Positions 48,110 through 58,921 are shown, counted from the stretch's first letter. The stretch is 64,000 bases of DNA from Sphingobacteriales bacterium (GCA_021299095.1 JAJTFW010000007.1:5295-69294); one strand, 5' to 3'. A program made the numbers and translations. Notes: generated by a model from the sequence alone, not told the origin.

Positions 48110-51100
48110 ATGTACCGTTCTCTTAAAAAGCGTTGTCTTTTTCTTCCGATTGTATTGTTCTTCTTCAATGCGTTTTCCGTGAAGGCTCAGACGCAGAAGG
48201 CCTTCAGTGGTGATCCAGTTCAGTTCCTCAAAGAGTTGCGTGCGTATATGGAATTGACCAATAAGCAGGAGACCGAGCGGCTGTTAGACGCATTCGAACT
48301 GGTTTGGATCGAGCAGCCTGCGTTCAGTTCCACACAACAATCGACCGTTATACGCACAGCCAATAACATGCTGAAAAAACGGCTTAAGCCATATCCTGAT
48401 TTCAGCAATTATGTGAAGGCACTGATGGCATTGAAAAAGGCGAAGCAAAGCGATGAGGTCTTCACCAACTGGCACAACAGCCTCGATGAGGTGTTGAGCC
48501 TAAGCTCCAAGCGCTACGGTGATTTCATTGAGGATGTTGCCGGACTGTTCAGTGATAACATTCTGTATGCTTCAGCTTCAACGCGTTGGGTGGCAGGTCC
48601 TGGTTATTCGTTTGAATTCGATTCCGTCCCGCGTATCCGTTTTCCGAAAATGGACCTGAAATGTTTTGCCAAGGGCGACAGTAGTGTGATTCGGGGAATT
48701 GAAGGCGATTATTACCCTCTGAAACGCTTGTTTGTTGGCCGTGGCGGGCGGATCGACTGGCAGCGCGCAGGGCTTTCCCCCGACAGTGTCTACGCTGAGT
48801 TGCAAAACACCGAAATCAATACTACGCTCAGTGATTGGACCTCGGAAAATGCTACGTTTTACAATCGGCAGTTTTTTCGTGAGCCTCTCACGGGTATGGT
48901 GACTGATAAACTGCTGGCTGAGGTGACGGATAAGAATGTCAATTATCCGCGATTCAGCAGCTATGACCTGCAACTGGGTATCCGCGAAATCATTCGTGAC
49001 GCAGATTATGTAGGAGGCTATGCGCAGCATGGGAACAAGATGGTTGGTACCGGAAGCGCTGAGCAAAAGGCAACACTAACATTCAAACGGGATGGAAAAG
49101 TTCAGGTAGTGATATCCTCGCGTAATTTTATCATCCGCCCCGAGCGCATCGGTGCTGAACATGCCGGTTTCACCTGTTATCATGAAACGGATTCGATCCA
49201 CCATCCCGACCTCGCAGTCCGTTACGTGGTTGAAGAGCGAACACTAACCCTGACTCGATCCACTCAGCAAGGAATCAGTATGCCGTTCGTTGACTCCTGG
49301 CACCAAGTCGATATTCTGGTCGATGCAATATCTTGGAAAATCGATGATCCGCTGATGGAAATGAAGATGACCACCGGCATGGGTGAAAGTAAAATGCAGG
49401 TTGAGTCCGGAGCGCTTTACACCGATGAGCGATTTCAACAAATTCAGGGCATGGCTGATGTAAGCCCCTTGTTCACCATTAAACAGTACGCCGAAAAAAA
49501 CAGCCGCTACATCTACCCGGTTGATCTTTCCCGTTTCTTGCGTTGTAGCGAACAGCAGGCCAGGTCACTGTTAATTTATTTGGCCAATAAAGGCTTTGTC
49601 AGTTACGATACAGAAGCGGACGTTGGTGTGGTAAACGACAAGTTGTACTACTATTTGGCAGCCCGCAGTAACAAGACCGATTATGATAAGATTGAAATCG
49701 GATCGATGATTTCTGGTCGCTCGAACGCCAAGCTCAATCTGTTGAATTTCGACCTTGACCTTCATGGTGTCGGCCGTGTACTGTTGAGCGATTCACAGCA
49801 GGTTTGGATCGCACCCCTCGAGCAGGAATTGAGGTTGATGAAAAACCGGGATATGGAGTTCAGTGGTCGGGTTCACGCCGGACGAAGCGATTTTTTCGGG
49901 AAGAAGTTTCGTTTCAGTTACGATGGATTCAGAATCGACCTGCCGAACATCGATTCGATCAGACTGAAGGTGGTGTCAGATACCGAGTTGGATGAAAATG
50001 GGAATCCCAAGCTGATTTCCATTCGAAATACCTTGCAGGATGTTTCCGGATCATTGCTGATCGACAGTATGATGAATAAGTCGGGGCGTAAAAGTTTCCC
50101 TGGTTATCCAAGTTTCACCAGCGACAAGGAGGCCTATCTCTACTACGATCATCCATCCGTCTATAACGCCATATACGACCGAAACCGTTTTTACTTCAAG
50201 GTGGATCCGTTTAGTATCGATTCACTCGATAATTTCTCTTCAGGAGGCTTGAACTTCAAGGGTGTCCTCGAATCTGCAGGTATCTTCCCTCCCATTCGTG
50301 AAACCGCCGTCATCCGTCCCGATTACAGTTTTGGCTTTGAACAGGATGTGCCCACTGAAGGATATGCGATGTACGGTGGACAAGGAACATACCGACAGCA
50401 CATCGATCTGAGCTTTCAGGGCCTTGTGGGCTCTGGTGAAATTGATTACCTGAGCTCGACCACTGTTTCAAAAGACATTGTCTTTTTTCCAGATTCTACC
50501 AACCTGGCCAATGCCTCATGGGATTTACGCAGGGAAACGGTTGCCGGTACAGGATTTCCGCAGGCTGAAGGAAGATCAGTCTTTGTCAACTGGAGACCTC
50601 GTGAGGGAAACATGTATGTATTTCGGAATGAGGGCACACTCTCTGCATACGAGCAGGTAGTACGTCTGGATGGAAATGCGGTGTTGGGAACTTCCGGTTT
50701 ACGTGGCAGTGGTGTTGCTTATTTTCAGGAGTCGGAGTTGAGTTCGGCCGATTTCAGGTTCAATCAGGATGATTACGGAGCCGATTCATCTGACTTCCGA
50801 TTGAAATCCGATGATGAACGGGCTTTGGCCATCCAAACGCGCAATGTCCAATCAAAAATCGATTTGGTGAAGCGTGTAGGTAGTTTTTCTTCGAATGGTA
50901 AAGGATCGTTCGTGAGCTTCCCGCTGAATCAGTACATCTGTTTCATTGCCCAATTCAAGTGGTTCATCGACAAGCAGGAGGTGGAATTTGGAGAGGACGA
51001 ATTCAAAAACACAAAGCTGAACATCGAGGGCTCGGATTTCGTCTCCACCCATCCTTTTCAGGATTCTTTGCGGTGGAATGCAGGACTGGCCAGGTACAGC

Positions 51101-52573
51101 TTGACAGACTACCTGATTAAAGCACGGAAAGTGAAAGAAATTAAGGTTGCCGATGCCGTTATTTATCCGAATGATACTGCAACTATTGTAGTTGAACGTA
51201 ACGCTGTGCTCAGGCCGCTTCAAGAGGCAAGTATTACAGCCAATACAGCAAGCCGATACCATACCATCGTAGAGGCAGAGGTCAACATAGATGGTCGAAA
51301 GCGTTACGAAGCCCGTGGTAAATATGCATATACCGACAATGCTGGTACGGAACACCTCATTGTTTTGGAGCGCGTTTCAGTCGATACCAGCGGTCAATCC
51401 TATGCAAATGGATCATTGAGCGATTCGGCGAATTTTCAAATCAGCAGGAATATCCAATACAAAGGCCGGGTTTTTCTTGCTGCTGCCAATCCCCTGCTGA
51501 CCTTCGATGGGTTTGCAAAAATGAGTCACCGCTGCGAGGAGCGACTTCCAGCCAATTGGTTCTCCTTTAAAGGTGAGATTGATCCGAAAGGAGTCAATAT
51601 CCCTGTGGCAGAGCCCAGGAATGAACAAGGTGAACGGCTTTCGGTCAGCTTATGCCTTTCGCCCGACAGTACCGGGTTCTATTCAAATTTCCTCGCTCCC
51701 AAACGAAGAACTGCTGATCATGAAGTGGTGACGGCCTCTGGCTTTCTGAGCTACGACGAACGCACAAAGCGTTATAGTGTAGCTGAACCTGCTGCACCTG
51801 CGGTAAAAGGGAAAGAGGAGGCTTTGCCTCCGCCCATGTTATCACTCGATGATGAATTGTGCTTAGTACACGCTGAAGGGCGTTTCGATTTTGGTTTGAA
51901 ACTTGGCCAGGTGAAACTTCAGCCTGCGGGTACCGCAGTTTTCAATACAAACAACGACTCCATGCGTTTTGACCTGGTTATGGGCATGGATTTCATGTTC
52001 AGTCCTGAGGCGCTGAAAGTCTTTTCTACCGCAATCCAGACCAATGCAGGTCTTAAAGCAAGTAACGATAGCCGTCCGGCTTGGTTGAAAGCGGTGAAGT
52101 CGTTGATTGGACGAGAAAAAGCGGATAAGTTATTGGCAGAATATAGCCTGTATGGCGCTCCCAAAAAGGTGCCCGATGATTTTCAGCAATCCATCGTTTT
52201 GAGTGAGCTTGTTCTCGAATGGGATCGTACAAGCCAATCATATCGCTCAGTTGGCCCCATTGGTGTTGGCTTTATCGGAAAGGAGCCCATTGGTCGTCAG
52301 TTGACCGGCCATCTTGAAATTCAGCGCCGGCGTGGTGTTGAAACTCTGAACCTTTACCTCGAAGCGGACCGGTATTCGTGGTGGTACTTCAATTATAGCC
52401 GGGGAATCATGCAAGCTATTTCATCGGATGCGAAATTCAATGATGCCATTGCCAACCTAAAACCAGAAAAACGGGTTGCAGATACCAAGAAAGATCAGGA
52501 TCCGTACGAATACATGCTGAGTACCGACCGGAAAAAGGCTGAGTTCGTACGCAGAATGACACCTGCAGAATAA
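48110..52573 (+). CDS. very large (1487 aa) secreted protein of unknown function
   Basis: Uninterrupted 4.46-kb ORF. Signal peptide MYRSLKKRCLFLPIVLFFFNAFSVKAQ from ATG 48110. No domain, repeat or T9SS CTD recognised. Confidence 0.7.
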   Translation: MYRSLKKRCLFLPIVLFFFNAFSVKAQTQKAFSGDPVQFLKELRAYMELTNKQETERLLDAFELVWIEQPAFSSTQQSTVIRTANNMLKKRLKPYPDFSNYVKALMALKKAKQSDEVFTNWHNSLDEVLSLSSKRYGDFIEDVAGLFSDNILYASASTRWVAGPGYSFEFDSVPRIRFPKMDLKCFAKGDSSVIRGIEGDYYPLKRLFVGRGGRIDWQRAGLSPDSVYAELQNTEINTTLSDWTSENATFYNRQFFREPLTGMVTDKLLAEVTDKNVNYPRFSSYDLQLGIREIIRDADYVGGYAQHGNKMVGTGSAEQKATLTFKRDGKVQVVISSRNFIIRPERIGAEHAGFTCYHETDSIHHPDLAVRYVVEERTLTLTRSTQQGISMPFVDSWHQVDILVDAISWKIDDPLMEMKMTTGMGESKMQVESGALYTDERFQQIQGMADVSPLFTIKQYAEKNSRYIYPVDLSRFLRCSEQQARSLLIYLANKGFVSYDTEADVGVVNDKLYYYLAARSNKTDYDKIEIGSMISGRSNAKLNLLNFDLDLHGVGRVLLSDSQQVWIAPLEQELRLMKNRDMEFSGRVHAGRSDFFGKKFRFSYDGFRIDLPNIDSIRLKVVSDTELDENGNPKLISIRNTLQDVSGSLLIDSMMNKSGRKSFPGYPSFTSDKEAYLYYDHPSVYNAIYDRNRFYFKVDPFSIDSLDNFSSGGLNFKGVLESAGIFPPIRETAVIRPDYSFGFEQDVPTEGYAMYGGQGTYRQHIDLSFQGLVGSGEIDYLSSTTVSKDIVFFPDSTNLANASWDLRRETVAGTGFPQAEGRSVFVNWRPREGNMYVFRNEGTLSAYEQVVRLDGNAVLGTSGLRGSGVAYFQESELSSADFRFNQDDYGADSSDFRLKSDDERALAIQTRNVQSKIDLVKRVGSFSSNGKGSFVSFPLNQYICFIAQFKWFIDKQEVEFGEDEFKNTKLNIEGSDFVSTHPFQDSLRWNAGLARYSLTDYLIKARKVKEIKVADAVIYPNDTATIVVERNAVLRPLQEASITANTASRYHTIVEAEVNIDGRKRYEARGKYAYTDNAGTEHLIVLERVSVDTSGQSYANGSLSDSANFQISRNIQYKGRVFLAAANPLLTFDGFAKMSHRCEERLPANWFSFKGEIDPKGVNIPVAEPRNEQGERLSVSLCLSPDSTGFYSNFLAPKRRTADHEVVTASGFLSYDERTKRYSVAEPAAPAVKGKEEALPPPMLSLDDELCLVHAEGRFDFGLKLGQVKLQPAGTAVFNTNNDSMRFDLVMGMDFMFSPEALKVFSTAIQTNAGLKASNDSRPAWLKAVKSLIGREKADKLLAEYSLYGAPKKVPDDFQQSIVLSELVLEWDRTSQSYRSVGPIGVGFIGKEPIGRQLTGHLEIQRRRGVETLNLYLEADRYSWWYFNYSRGIMQAISSDAKFNDAIANLKPEKRVADTKKDQDPYEYMLSTDRKKAEFVRRMTPAE

Positions 52574-52671
52574 ATTTAACCTACTGATCAATAGTAATAT
52601 AGGCTTAACAATTCCGTTAAGTTCAGTGAAGCCGAGTCGTTTGTGGTCCGATATAGGGTAACTTTGGTTTA

Positions 52672-53298
52672 ATGATAGGATTCTCTGCAGTCTCATTGGT
52701 CATACTGGCATACCTGCTTGGGTCGATTCCTTCGGCTGTATGGATTGGCAAGTCTTTTTATGGTATTGATGTACGCGATTTCGGTAGCGGGAATGCCGGT
52801 GCAACCAATACACTTCGGGTTTTAGGACGCAAGGCTGCCTTGCCAGTACTTTTTGTGGATGTGCTGAAGGGATTTGCCGCCGTAAAATTAGTTTGGTTGT
52901 CAGGTGGTTATCTCCCTGAAACGCGCCAGTTTGTTCATCTTTCACTCATCCTGGGAACTGCCGCGTTAACAGGTCACATTTTTCCTGTGTTTGCGGGATT
53001 CAGAGGCGGTAAAGGCGTTGCCACGCTATTCGGAGTAATCATGGCGATTCATCCCGGGGCCGGTCTTATATGTACCGCGGCCTTTGTACTCACCCTGTTC
53101 ATTACACAGTACGTTTCTCTTTCGTCGATGATGGCCGCATTGGTTTTTCCGATATCCATGATGTTCATATACAACGAGACCATTTCGGGCCTCAATTTGT
53201 TCGGTTTGTTTGTAAGTGCAGTGGTGCTTTTCACACACCAAAAGAACATCGAACGCCTCCTTCGTGGGGAAGAACGGAAAACCGCATTTCTTCGTTGA
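52672..53298 (+). CDS. plsY: glycerol-3-phosphate acyltransferase PlsY
   Basis: GSIPSAVWIGK, GSGNAGATN and GGKGVAT motifs. Confidence 0.9.
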   Translation: MIGFSAVSLVILAYLLGSIPSAVWIGKSFYGIDVRDFGSGNAGATNTLRVLGRKAALPVLFVDVLKGFAAVKLVWLSGGYLPETRQFVHLSLILGTAALTGHIFPVFAGFRGGKGVATLFGVIMAIHPGAGLICTAAFVLTLFITQYVSLSSMMAALVFPISMMFIYNETISGLNLFGLFVSAVVLFTHQKNIERLLRGEERKTAFLR

Positions 53299-53319
53299 TC
53301 GTTCTAGGTTATTGATATC

Positions 53320-53350
53320 CAGGGCTTTGTAAGGCCCTTTTTTGTTTTAT
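53320..53350 (+). terminator. probable terminator after plsY
   Basis: agggc...gccct hairpin followed by ttttttgtttt. Confidence 0.45.
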
Positions 53351-53422
53351 TCATGGATGTTTACGGGTTCGTAACCCGCGAGCCAATTGGGGCGTACAAA
53401 TGCGCAACCAACGAACGAAGTC

Positions 53423-55306
53423 ATGAACATCTACAAAGCGCTGTTTATCGTCCTGATCACAGCACTGACAATGAACACCGCAACGGCCGGATCGGCTGAA
53501 AATGCACGCTTCAAGGAAGCAGAGAAATTATTCGTCGAAAAGCAATACGACAAGGCCATGCCCTTGTTTGCGCAGCTCGTCAGCTCAAGTCCGAAGAACT
53601 TCAAGTACAACTATTACTATGGTATTTGCTTGTTGATTCAAGGCACCGACAAATCGAAAGCACTCCCCTACCTCGAGGCTTCTCTTGACAATTCTAAGAC
53701 ACCCGAGGAAGTTTACTATTACATGGGAAGGGCACTACACTACAATTACCGTTTCGATGAAGCCCGTGAATACCTGGCGGTCTTCAATGAAATTGTTGGT
53801 CCTGGTGAGGCTCAAGAATGGGGAACTGCACAAACCATTGAAATGTGCCGTAATGCAAAGCGCATCTTGGATGTTGCAAAAAACAAAGAATTGGACAAAG
53901 GCCTAACTGCAAGTGCATTTGAGTATTTCGATAAATATGCATTTGAACAGCCTCAGGGTAAAATCCTAAGCATGCCCGATGACATGGCCAGCAAGACCAA
54001 GTCTCAGGGCGAAGAGCGTCCGACTATTTTTCTCTCCGCCAACGGAAGGGTGATGTATTACTCGGCCTTTGTTAATGAGAGTGCCAGCCGTGACATCTTC
54101 CGTGTGGAGAAGAACCGTGAAGGAAGCTGGGGTGCGCCTGTGAAAGTTGATCGCATTGTGAATACAACATCTGATGAGGTATTTCCAACTTGCAATTATG
54201 ATGGACGTATCCTGTACTTCAGTTCTCGCGGACACAACTCAACCGGTGGATTTGATGTATTCAAAACGGTGTATAGTCCTATGAATAAGACCTGGAAAAA
54301 GCCGGTTAACATGGGCAGCCCGGTCAACTCGCCTGATGATGATTACAGCTTCGTAGCCTCTCAGGACGAGAAAACCGCCTACTTCAGTACGCAACGCGGT
54401 TCTGTACCAGGTACATTAACAGTTCACCGTATTCCGTATGCTGTAATGGATGGTTTGCCAATTGCTGTGAAAGGTAAGGTGGTATGCAAGGCGAATCCCG
54501 AATTAAAGGCAGTTCGTATGATTGTTGAACAAGCGGAAACGGGTACTGCTGTAATTGACATGACCAGTAATGCCAATGATGGATCTTTTGATTTGGAGTT
54601 CAACACGCCCGGATCGTATTTAATTACGCTCGAAACAGCAGAGTACGGCAAAGTGCAGCATACGATCGGCATTGCTGCTGCCTCTGACGGTGGTTATCTG
54701 GATGATTTGAACATCGATGGACCTGAACAACGCTTTGCGGTGTATGGAGCAGGAAATTCCGCTGAGCAAAACGCTGTGGCAAGTTCAAACCTGAATGCAG
54801 ACGAGGGTGCCACTGCTAGGGATATTCAAAATACAGCGGAAAGCAATTTGACCAATTCTACAGCTGTGATCGGCAACGAGAATTCCAATACGGAAGCATC
54901 CATTGGCAAGCAAAATGAGACCAATGCACTCACGAGCCAAATCGATAATGCAGGAACAGTCTCATTTACGGCAACCAGCGCGCAGACTCAACCACCGGTC
55001 GTGTACAAGGTTCAAATCGGAGCGTTCAAAGTTCTGAGCAAGGAAGTTGTAAAAAAACGCCTAGAGAAAATGACCGATGCGAAAATGCTCACCAGCAGCA
55101 AAGGAAAGCGTTGGCTGAAGTTTTACTTCGGTGCCGAGGGAGATTATTCGTCCGCCCGAAACCTGAAGAGCACGCTTCAACAAGCTGGGTTTAAAGATGC
55201 ATTCGTTGTGGCTTTCCAAAACGGCCTTCAAGTCCCAGTGCAACAGGTCGTAGCCCCTCAAAATGTTCCGGCAGCAACCGCAGATTCGACTGCTAACGAT
55301 CAGTAG
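53423..55306 (+). CDS. secreted TPR + PD40/TolB-like beta-propeller + C-terminal SPOR-domain protein
   Basis: Signal peptide, then TPR-like helices, then WD40-like PD40 repeats (YFSSRGHNSTGGFDVF, DDDYSF..TAYFST). The C-terminus VYKVQIGAFK...GFKDAFVV is typical of SPOR. Confidence 0.6.
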   Translation: MNIYKALFIVLITALTMNTATAGSAENARFKEAEKLFVEKQYDKAMPLFAQLVSSSPKNFKYNYYYGICLLIQGTDKSKALPYLEASLDNSKTPEEVYYYMGRALHYNYRFDEAREYLAVFNEIVGPGEAQEWGTAQTIEMCRNAKRILDVAKNKELDKGLTASAFEYFDKYAFEQPQGKILSMPDDMASKTKSQGEERPTIFLSANGRVMYYSAFVNESASRDIFRVEKNREGSWGAPVKVDRIVNTTSDEVFPTCNYDGRILYFSSRGHNSTGGFDVFKTVYSPMNKTWKKPVNMGSPVNSPDDDYSFVASQDEKTAYFSTQRGSVPGTLTVHRIPYAVMDGLPIAVKGKVVCKANPELKAVRMIVEQAETGTAVIDMTSNANDGSFDLEFNTPGSYLITLETAEYGKVQHTIGIAAASDGGYLDDLNIDGPEQRFAVYGAGNSAEQNAVASSNLNADEGATARDIQNTAESNLTNSTAVIGNENSNTEASIGKQNETNALTSQIDNAGTVSFTATSAQTQPPVVYKVQIGAFKVLSKEVVKKRLEKMTDAKMLTSSKGKRWLKFYFGAEGDYSSARNLKSTLQQAGFKDAFVVAFQNGLQVPVQQVVAPQNVPAATADSTANDQ

Positions 55307-55329
55307 TTCAAATATTTATGAAATTCAAA

Positions 55330-55358
55330 CAGCCTCGTTGATCCGAGGCTGTTTTTTT
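55330..55358 (+). terminator. rho-independent terminator
   Basis: cagcctcg-ttgatc-cgaggctg followed by ttttttt. Confidence 0.75.
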
Positions 55359-55408
55359 ATTTGAAATGCTGTGGGTTCCCCGTACATTTGAGAGGATTCC
55401 ACGGATAC

Positions 55409-55696
55409 ATGAACATTCATAACAACCATTCGCCCGATTATCAGGAAGAACTTTTACTGGAAGAAGAAGTTGATTCCTCTCGATGTATCGTGTTGTACAA
55501 TGATGATGTCAACACATTCGACTGGGTAATTGACAGCCTTATTGACGTGTGTCGCCACCAGCGTGAGCAGGCCGAACAGTGCTCGCTGATCGTTCACTAT
55601 AAAGGTAGGTGTGCCGTCAAGGAAGGTGGATTTACGGAGTTGAAACCGATGTGTGAGGCTTTGCTTGATCGCGGACTCAGTGCTACCATCGAATAA
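55409..55696 (+). CDS. clpS: ATP-dependent Clp protease adaptor ClpS
   Basis: VLYNDDVNTFDWVI...QAEQCSLIVHYKGRC pattern. About 95 aa from ATG 55409. Confidence 0.8.
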   Translation: MNIHNNHSPDYQEELLLEEEVDSSRCIVLYNDDVNTFDWVIDSLIDVCRHQREQAEQCSLIVHYKGRCAVKEGGFTELKPMCEALLDRGLSATIE

Positions 55697-56512
55697 ATGA
55701 GGGCCACAAAAACCCTCAGGCATGGGCTGATTGTAGCCTTGCTTGCATTGGCGTTTTCCTGCTCCAAGGTGCCTTTGACTGGCCGAAGGCAAGTTAGTCT
55801 TCTCCCCGAAAGTGAACTTATTTCCCTCAGCCTAGGTGAATACCAAGGTTTTTTGAAACAACACCCCGCTCTTCAGGCCAGTGATGAACGGACAGCCATG
55901 GTGAAGCGATGTGGTCTGCGCATTCAAAATGCTGCCACTGCCTATTTAAAGAAGCACAAACTCGGAAAGCGGGTTGACGGGTACAAGTGGGAGTTCAATT
56001 TGGTGGATGACAAAACAGTGAATGCTTGGTGTATGCCAGGTGGAAAGGTGGTGGTTTATACCGGATTGCTGGAGGTGACTCAAAATGAAAACGCTCTCGC
56101 CGTCGTGATGGGTCATGAAATTGCCCATGCCATTGCTCGACATGGAAACGAACGCATGAGTCAGCAACTCATGGTTCAAGCAGGTGGTGTCGCTTTGCAA
56201 GTAGCCATCAGTAACCAGAGCACTTTAACCAAGGGCATTTTTGAACAGGCCTATGGTATCGGCGCGAGCATTGGACTGATTCTACCCTACTCCCGATTGC
56301 ACGAGACTGAGGCCGATAAGCTCGGACTCGTCTTTGCTGCAATGGCCGGTTATGATCCGCGCGAGGCACCCCGGTTTTGGCAACGGATGGCCTCGCAAGG
56401 TGGCAGTAAGGCACCTGTACTCTTGAGCACTCACCCCAGCAATGAACAACGAATCCGCGATTTGAATGCCTTTATGCCCGAAGCCATGAAAGTCTACAAG
56501 CCGAACAGTTAA
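55697..56512 (+). CDS. M48 family zinc metallopeptidase, lipoprotein
   Basis: Lipobox LALAFSC and an HEIAH zinc motif with a downstream E (ETEAD). Confidence 0.85.
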   Translation: MRATKTLRHGLIVALLALAFSCSKVPLTGRRQVSLLPESELISLSLGEYQGFLKQHPALQASDERTAMVKRCGLRIQNAATAYLKKHKLGKRVDGYKWEFNLVDDKTVNAWCMPGGKVVVYTGLLEVTQNENALAVVMGHEIAHAIARHGNERMSQQLMVQAGGVALQVAISNQSTLTKGIFEQAYGIGASIGLILPYSRLHETEADKLGLVFAAMAGYDPREAPRFWQRMASQGGSKAPVLLSTHPSNEQRIRDLNAFMPEAMKVYKPNS

Positions 56513-56527
56513 TCCAACCTTCTGCCC

Positions 56528-56992
56528 ATGTCAATTTTCCTGATTGCTATCTTGATATTGTTCGGAATTCTTCTCATCGTATTGGAGGTCTTGATTGTAC
56601 CCGGTATGGTTGTGGGGTTTCTTGGTCTTGTTTTTATTTTGTTAGGCATCGGAGGGGCTTGGAATGAATTTGGAGCCATTGGTGGGATACTCACGGCGAT
56701 AATCAGTTTGATCTTGGGCGCTTTTGCTGTTTGGTCAGCACTTCGAACAGGTTTCTGGAAACACCTCAGTCTGCGTAATCGCCTTGAGGGTCGAACCAAT
56801 GAAATCGAGGCTGGAATAGTACATGCAGGTGACCGTGGATATGCATTGTCCAGTCTTAGGCCCATGGGCACGGTCAAAGTCAACGGACATCGCTTTGAGG
56901 CCCGTGTAGAATCAGGCCTTGTTCCACCGAATTATCCGGTTGAAGTACTCGCAGTTGAGGGTAGCAGACTGCTGGTTCGCGCCGTGTCCTGA
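56528..56992 (+). CDS. NfeD family membrane protein
   Basis: Three TM helices plus a C-terminal OB-like domain (GTVKVNGHRFEARV). It lies directly upstream of the flotillin gene. Confidence 0.7.
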   Translation: MSIFLIAILILFGILLIVLEVLIVPGMVVGFLGLVFILLGIGGAWNEFGAIGGILTAIISLILGAFAVWSALRTGFWKHLSLRNRLEGRTNEIEAGIVHAGDRGYALSSLRPMGTVKVNGHRFEARVESGLVPPNYPVEVLAVEGSRLLVRAVS

Positions 56993-57036
56993 TGCAGGAT
57001 GCTTTTTGATACTTTCGTGTAAAATCCCATTCCACC

Positions 57037-58023
57037 ATGAGTTTTCCTCTTCTTCTGCTTCTGATAGCAGGCGCATTTATTTTTATTCTGATGTTTTTGT
57101 ATTTCGTGCCTGTAAACCTGTGGATTACCGCGGTATTCAGTAACGTTCGAATCAGCATCATGGATCTGGTGTTGATGCGGCTGAGGAAAGTCCCTCCCTC
57201 CATTGTTGTAAATGCCCTGATCAACAGTACAAAAGCAGGACTTGATGTCACAGCCAATGAGATTGAGACCCACTTTCTTGCTGGAGGAAATGTCAACAAT
57301 GTTGTAAAGGCTCTGATTTCCGCTGACAAGGCGAACATCCCGCTGACCTTTAAAATGGCTACTGCCATCGACCTTGCTGGTCGTGATGTGGCCGATGCCG
57401 TTCAACTTTCAGTTAATCCGCGTGTAATCGATACACCTCCGGTTTCTGCAGTCGGTAAAAACGGCATACAACTCATCGTTCGTGCCCGCGTAACGGTGAG
57501 AGCCAACATAAACCAGCTCGTGGGTGGTGCCGGAGAGGAAACCATCCTGGCTCGTGTAGGGGAAGGCATTGTGACCACAATCGGTTCTGCAGAAGATCAC
57601 AAGACCGTTTTGGAAAATCCCGATCAGATTTCGAAGGTGGTATTGAACAAAGGCCTTGATGCAGGGACAGCCTTCGAAATCCTGTCTATTGATATTGCCG
57701 ACATCGACGTTGGCGAGAACATCGGGGCAAAACTCCAGACTGAACAGGCTTCGGCCGACCTGAAGGTGGCACAAGCAAAGGCCGAAGAGCGCAGGGCCAT
57801 GGCGGTAGCCTTCGAGCAGGAAATGCGTGCGAAAGCTCAGGAAGCCCGCTCTAAGGTAATTGAGGCAGAGGCGCAGGTTCCCATGGCCATGGCTGAAGCT
57901 TTTCGTTCGGGTAACCTGGGTGTGATGGATTACTACCGGATGCAGAACATGCAAGCCGACACTTCTATGCGTGAAGCCATTGCCAAGCCCGGAGGTGCAG
58001 CTGGCAATACAGAGAAAAAGTAA
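57037..58023 (+). CDS. floA: flotillin-like protein FloA (UPF0365/YqfA, SPFH superfamily)
   Basis: N-terminal hairpin anchor, SPFH core and an A/E-rich C-terminal coiled coil. 328 aa. Confidence 0.85.
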   Translation: MSFPLLLLLIAGAFIFILMFLYFVPVNLWITAVFSNVRISIMDLVLMRLRKVPPSIVVNALINSTKAGLDVTANEIETHFLAGGNVNNVVKALISADKANIPLTFKMATAIDLAGRDVADAVQLSVNPRVIDTPPVSAVGKNGIQLIVRARVTVRANINQLVGGAGEETILARVGEGIVTTIGSAEDHKTVLENPDQISKVVLNKGLDAGTAFEILSIDIADIDVGENIGAKLQTEQASADLKVAQAKAEERRAMAVAFEQEMRAKAQEARSKVIEAEAQVPMAMAEAFRSGNLGVMDYYRMQNMQADTSMREAIAKPGGAAGNTEKK

Positions 58024-58054
58024 TTATTCTGTTTTTGCTTTCTCTGGTTAAGAA

Positions 58055-58921
58055 CTACTTCACATAGTAGCCTTTTAGCGCTATACCCAGATTCAGGGTT
58101 GAGAGTATCCAGTTGACTACTTTTTTTACGAGTCCCAACAATGGATTTGAGCTTGTAAGTCTTCTGAGCTTTTCATCCGAATCTGTGCCATGTCCGCCGC
58201 CTGCCAATGAATGCTGAATCCGCGTGATACTGATCCCGGTTGAAAGGAATTTGATGTTTTTGAACCCGTGCCGGCAAACGGTTTTGTTCAGGGTTTTCCG
58301 GGTGTAATAGCTCAGGTGCTCAGGATACGCGATGACATTATAATCCGACTTCAGCATGTACCGCATAAGCGAGTTGAAATTGGGCGTGGTGATGTACAAA
58401 AGTCCACCTGAGCGAAGTTTTTGATGAATCGCCGTCAGGTCCTCGTTGGGCGTGTTGACGTGTTCAATCACTTCAAAAGAGGTGATCACATCGAAAGATA
58501 AACCCTCGAACGCCTTAGTTCCAATAGGACCGTGGTAGGCATGGATTCCTTTTCGCTGCAGTAAGTCTACGGCCGTCTGTGAAAATTCTGTTCCATACAC
58601 CTCCCATCCCCTCTTGCGGGCCTCTTCTAAAAAATAGCCTCGCCCGCACCCTACATCCAAAATCCGGTTGACGTTCCGGTAGGGTTCCATTTCATCGAGT
58701 AAGGTATTGTAGCTATCGATGGTCAATGATGAGAGGGTATCCTCTGTGTCGTAGGTATACACGCCATAGTGTGTTTCCAACTCAGCAGCTGTCGGAATCC
58801 GCTCCATGAATACCAATCCGCAAGACGTGCACTGTATCAGCCCCTTCGATTCATAATAGCCATGGAGCGGAATTAGGCTGGCCGATCCGCATGTGATGCA
58901 GGTGGTGTGTTGTTGCATCAT
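58055..58921 (-). CDS. class I SAM-dependent methyltransferase with an N-terminal 4-Cys zinc ribbon
   Basis: CITCGS...CTSCG, then the SAM motif ILDVGCGRGYF. Confidence 0.75.
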   Translation of the reverse strand: MMQQHTTCITCGSASLIPLHGYYESKGLIQCTSCGLVFMERIPTAAELETHYGVYTYDTEDTLSSLTIDSYNTLLDEMEPYRNVNRILDVGCGRGYFLEEARKRGWEVYGTEFSQTAVDLLQRKGIHAYHGPIGTKAFEGLSFDVITSFEVIEHVNTPNEDLTAIHQKLRSGGLLYITTPNFNSLMRYMLKSDYNVIAYPEHLSYYTRKTLNKTVCRHGFKNIKFLSTGISITRIQHSLAGGGHGTDSDEKLRRLTSSNPLLGLVKKVVNWILSTLNLGIALKGYYVK

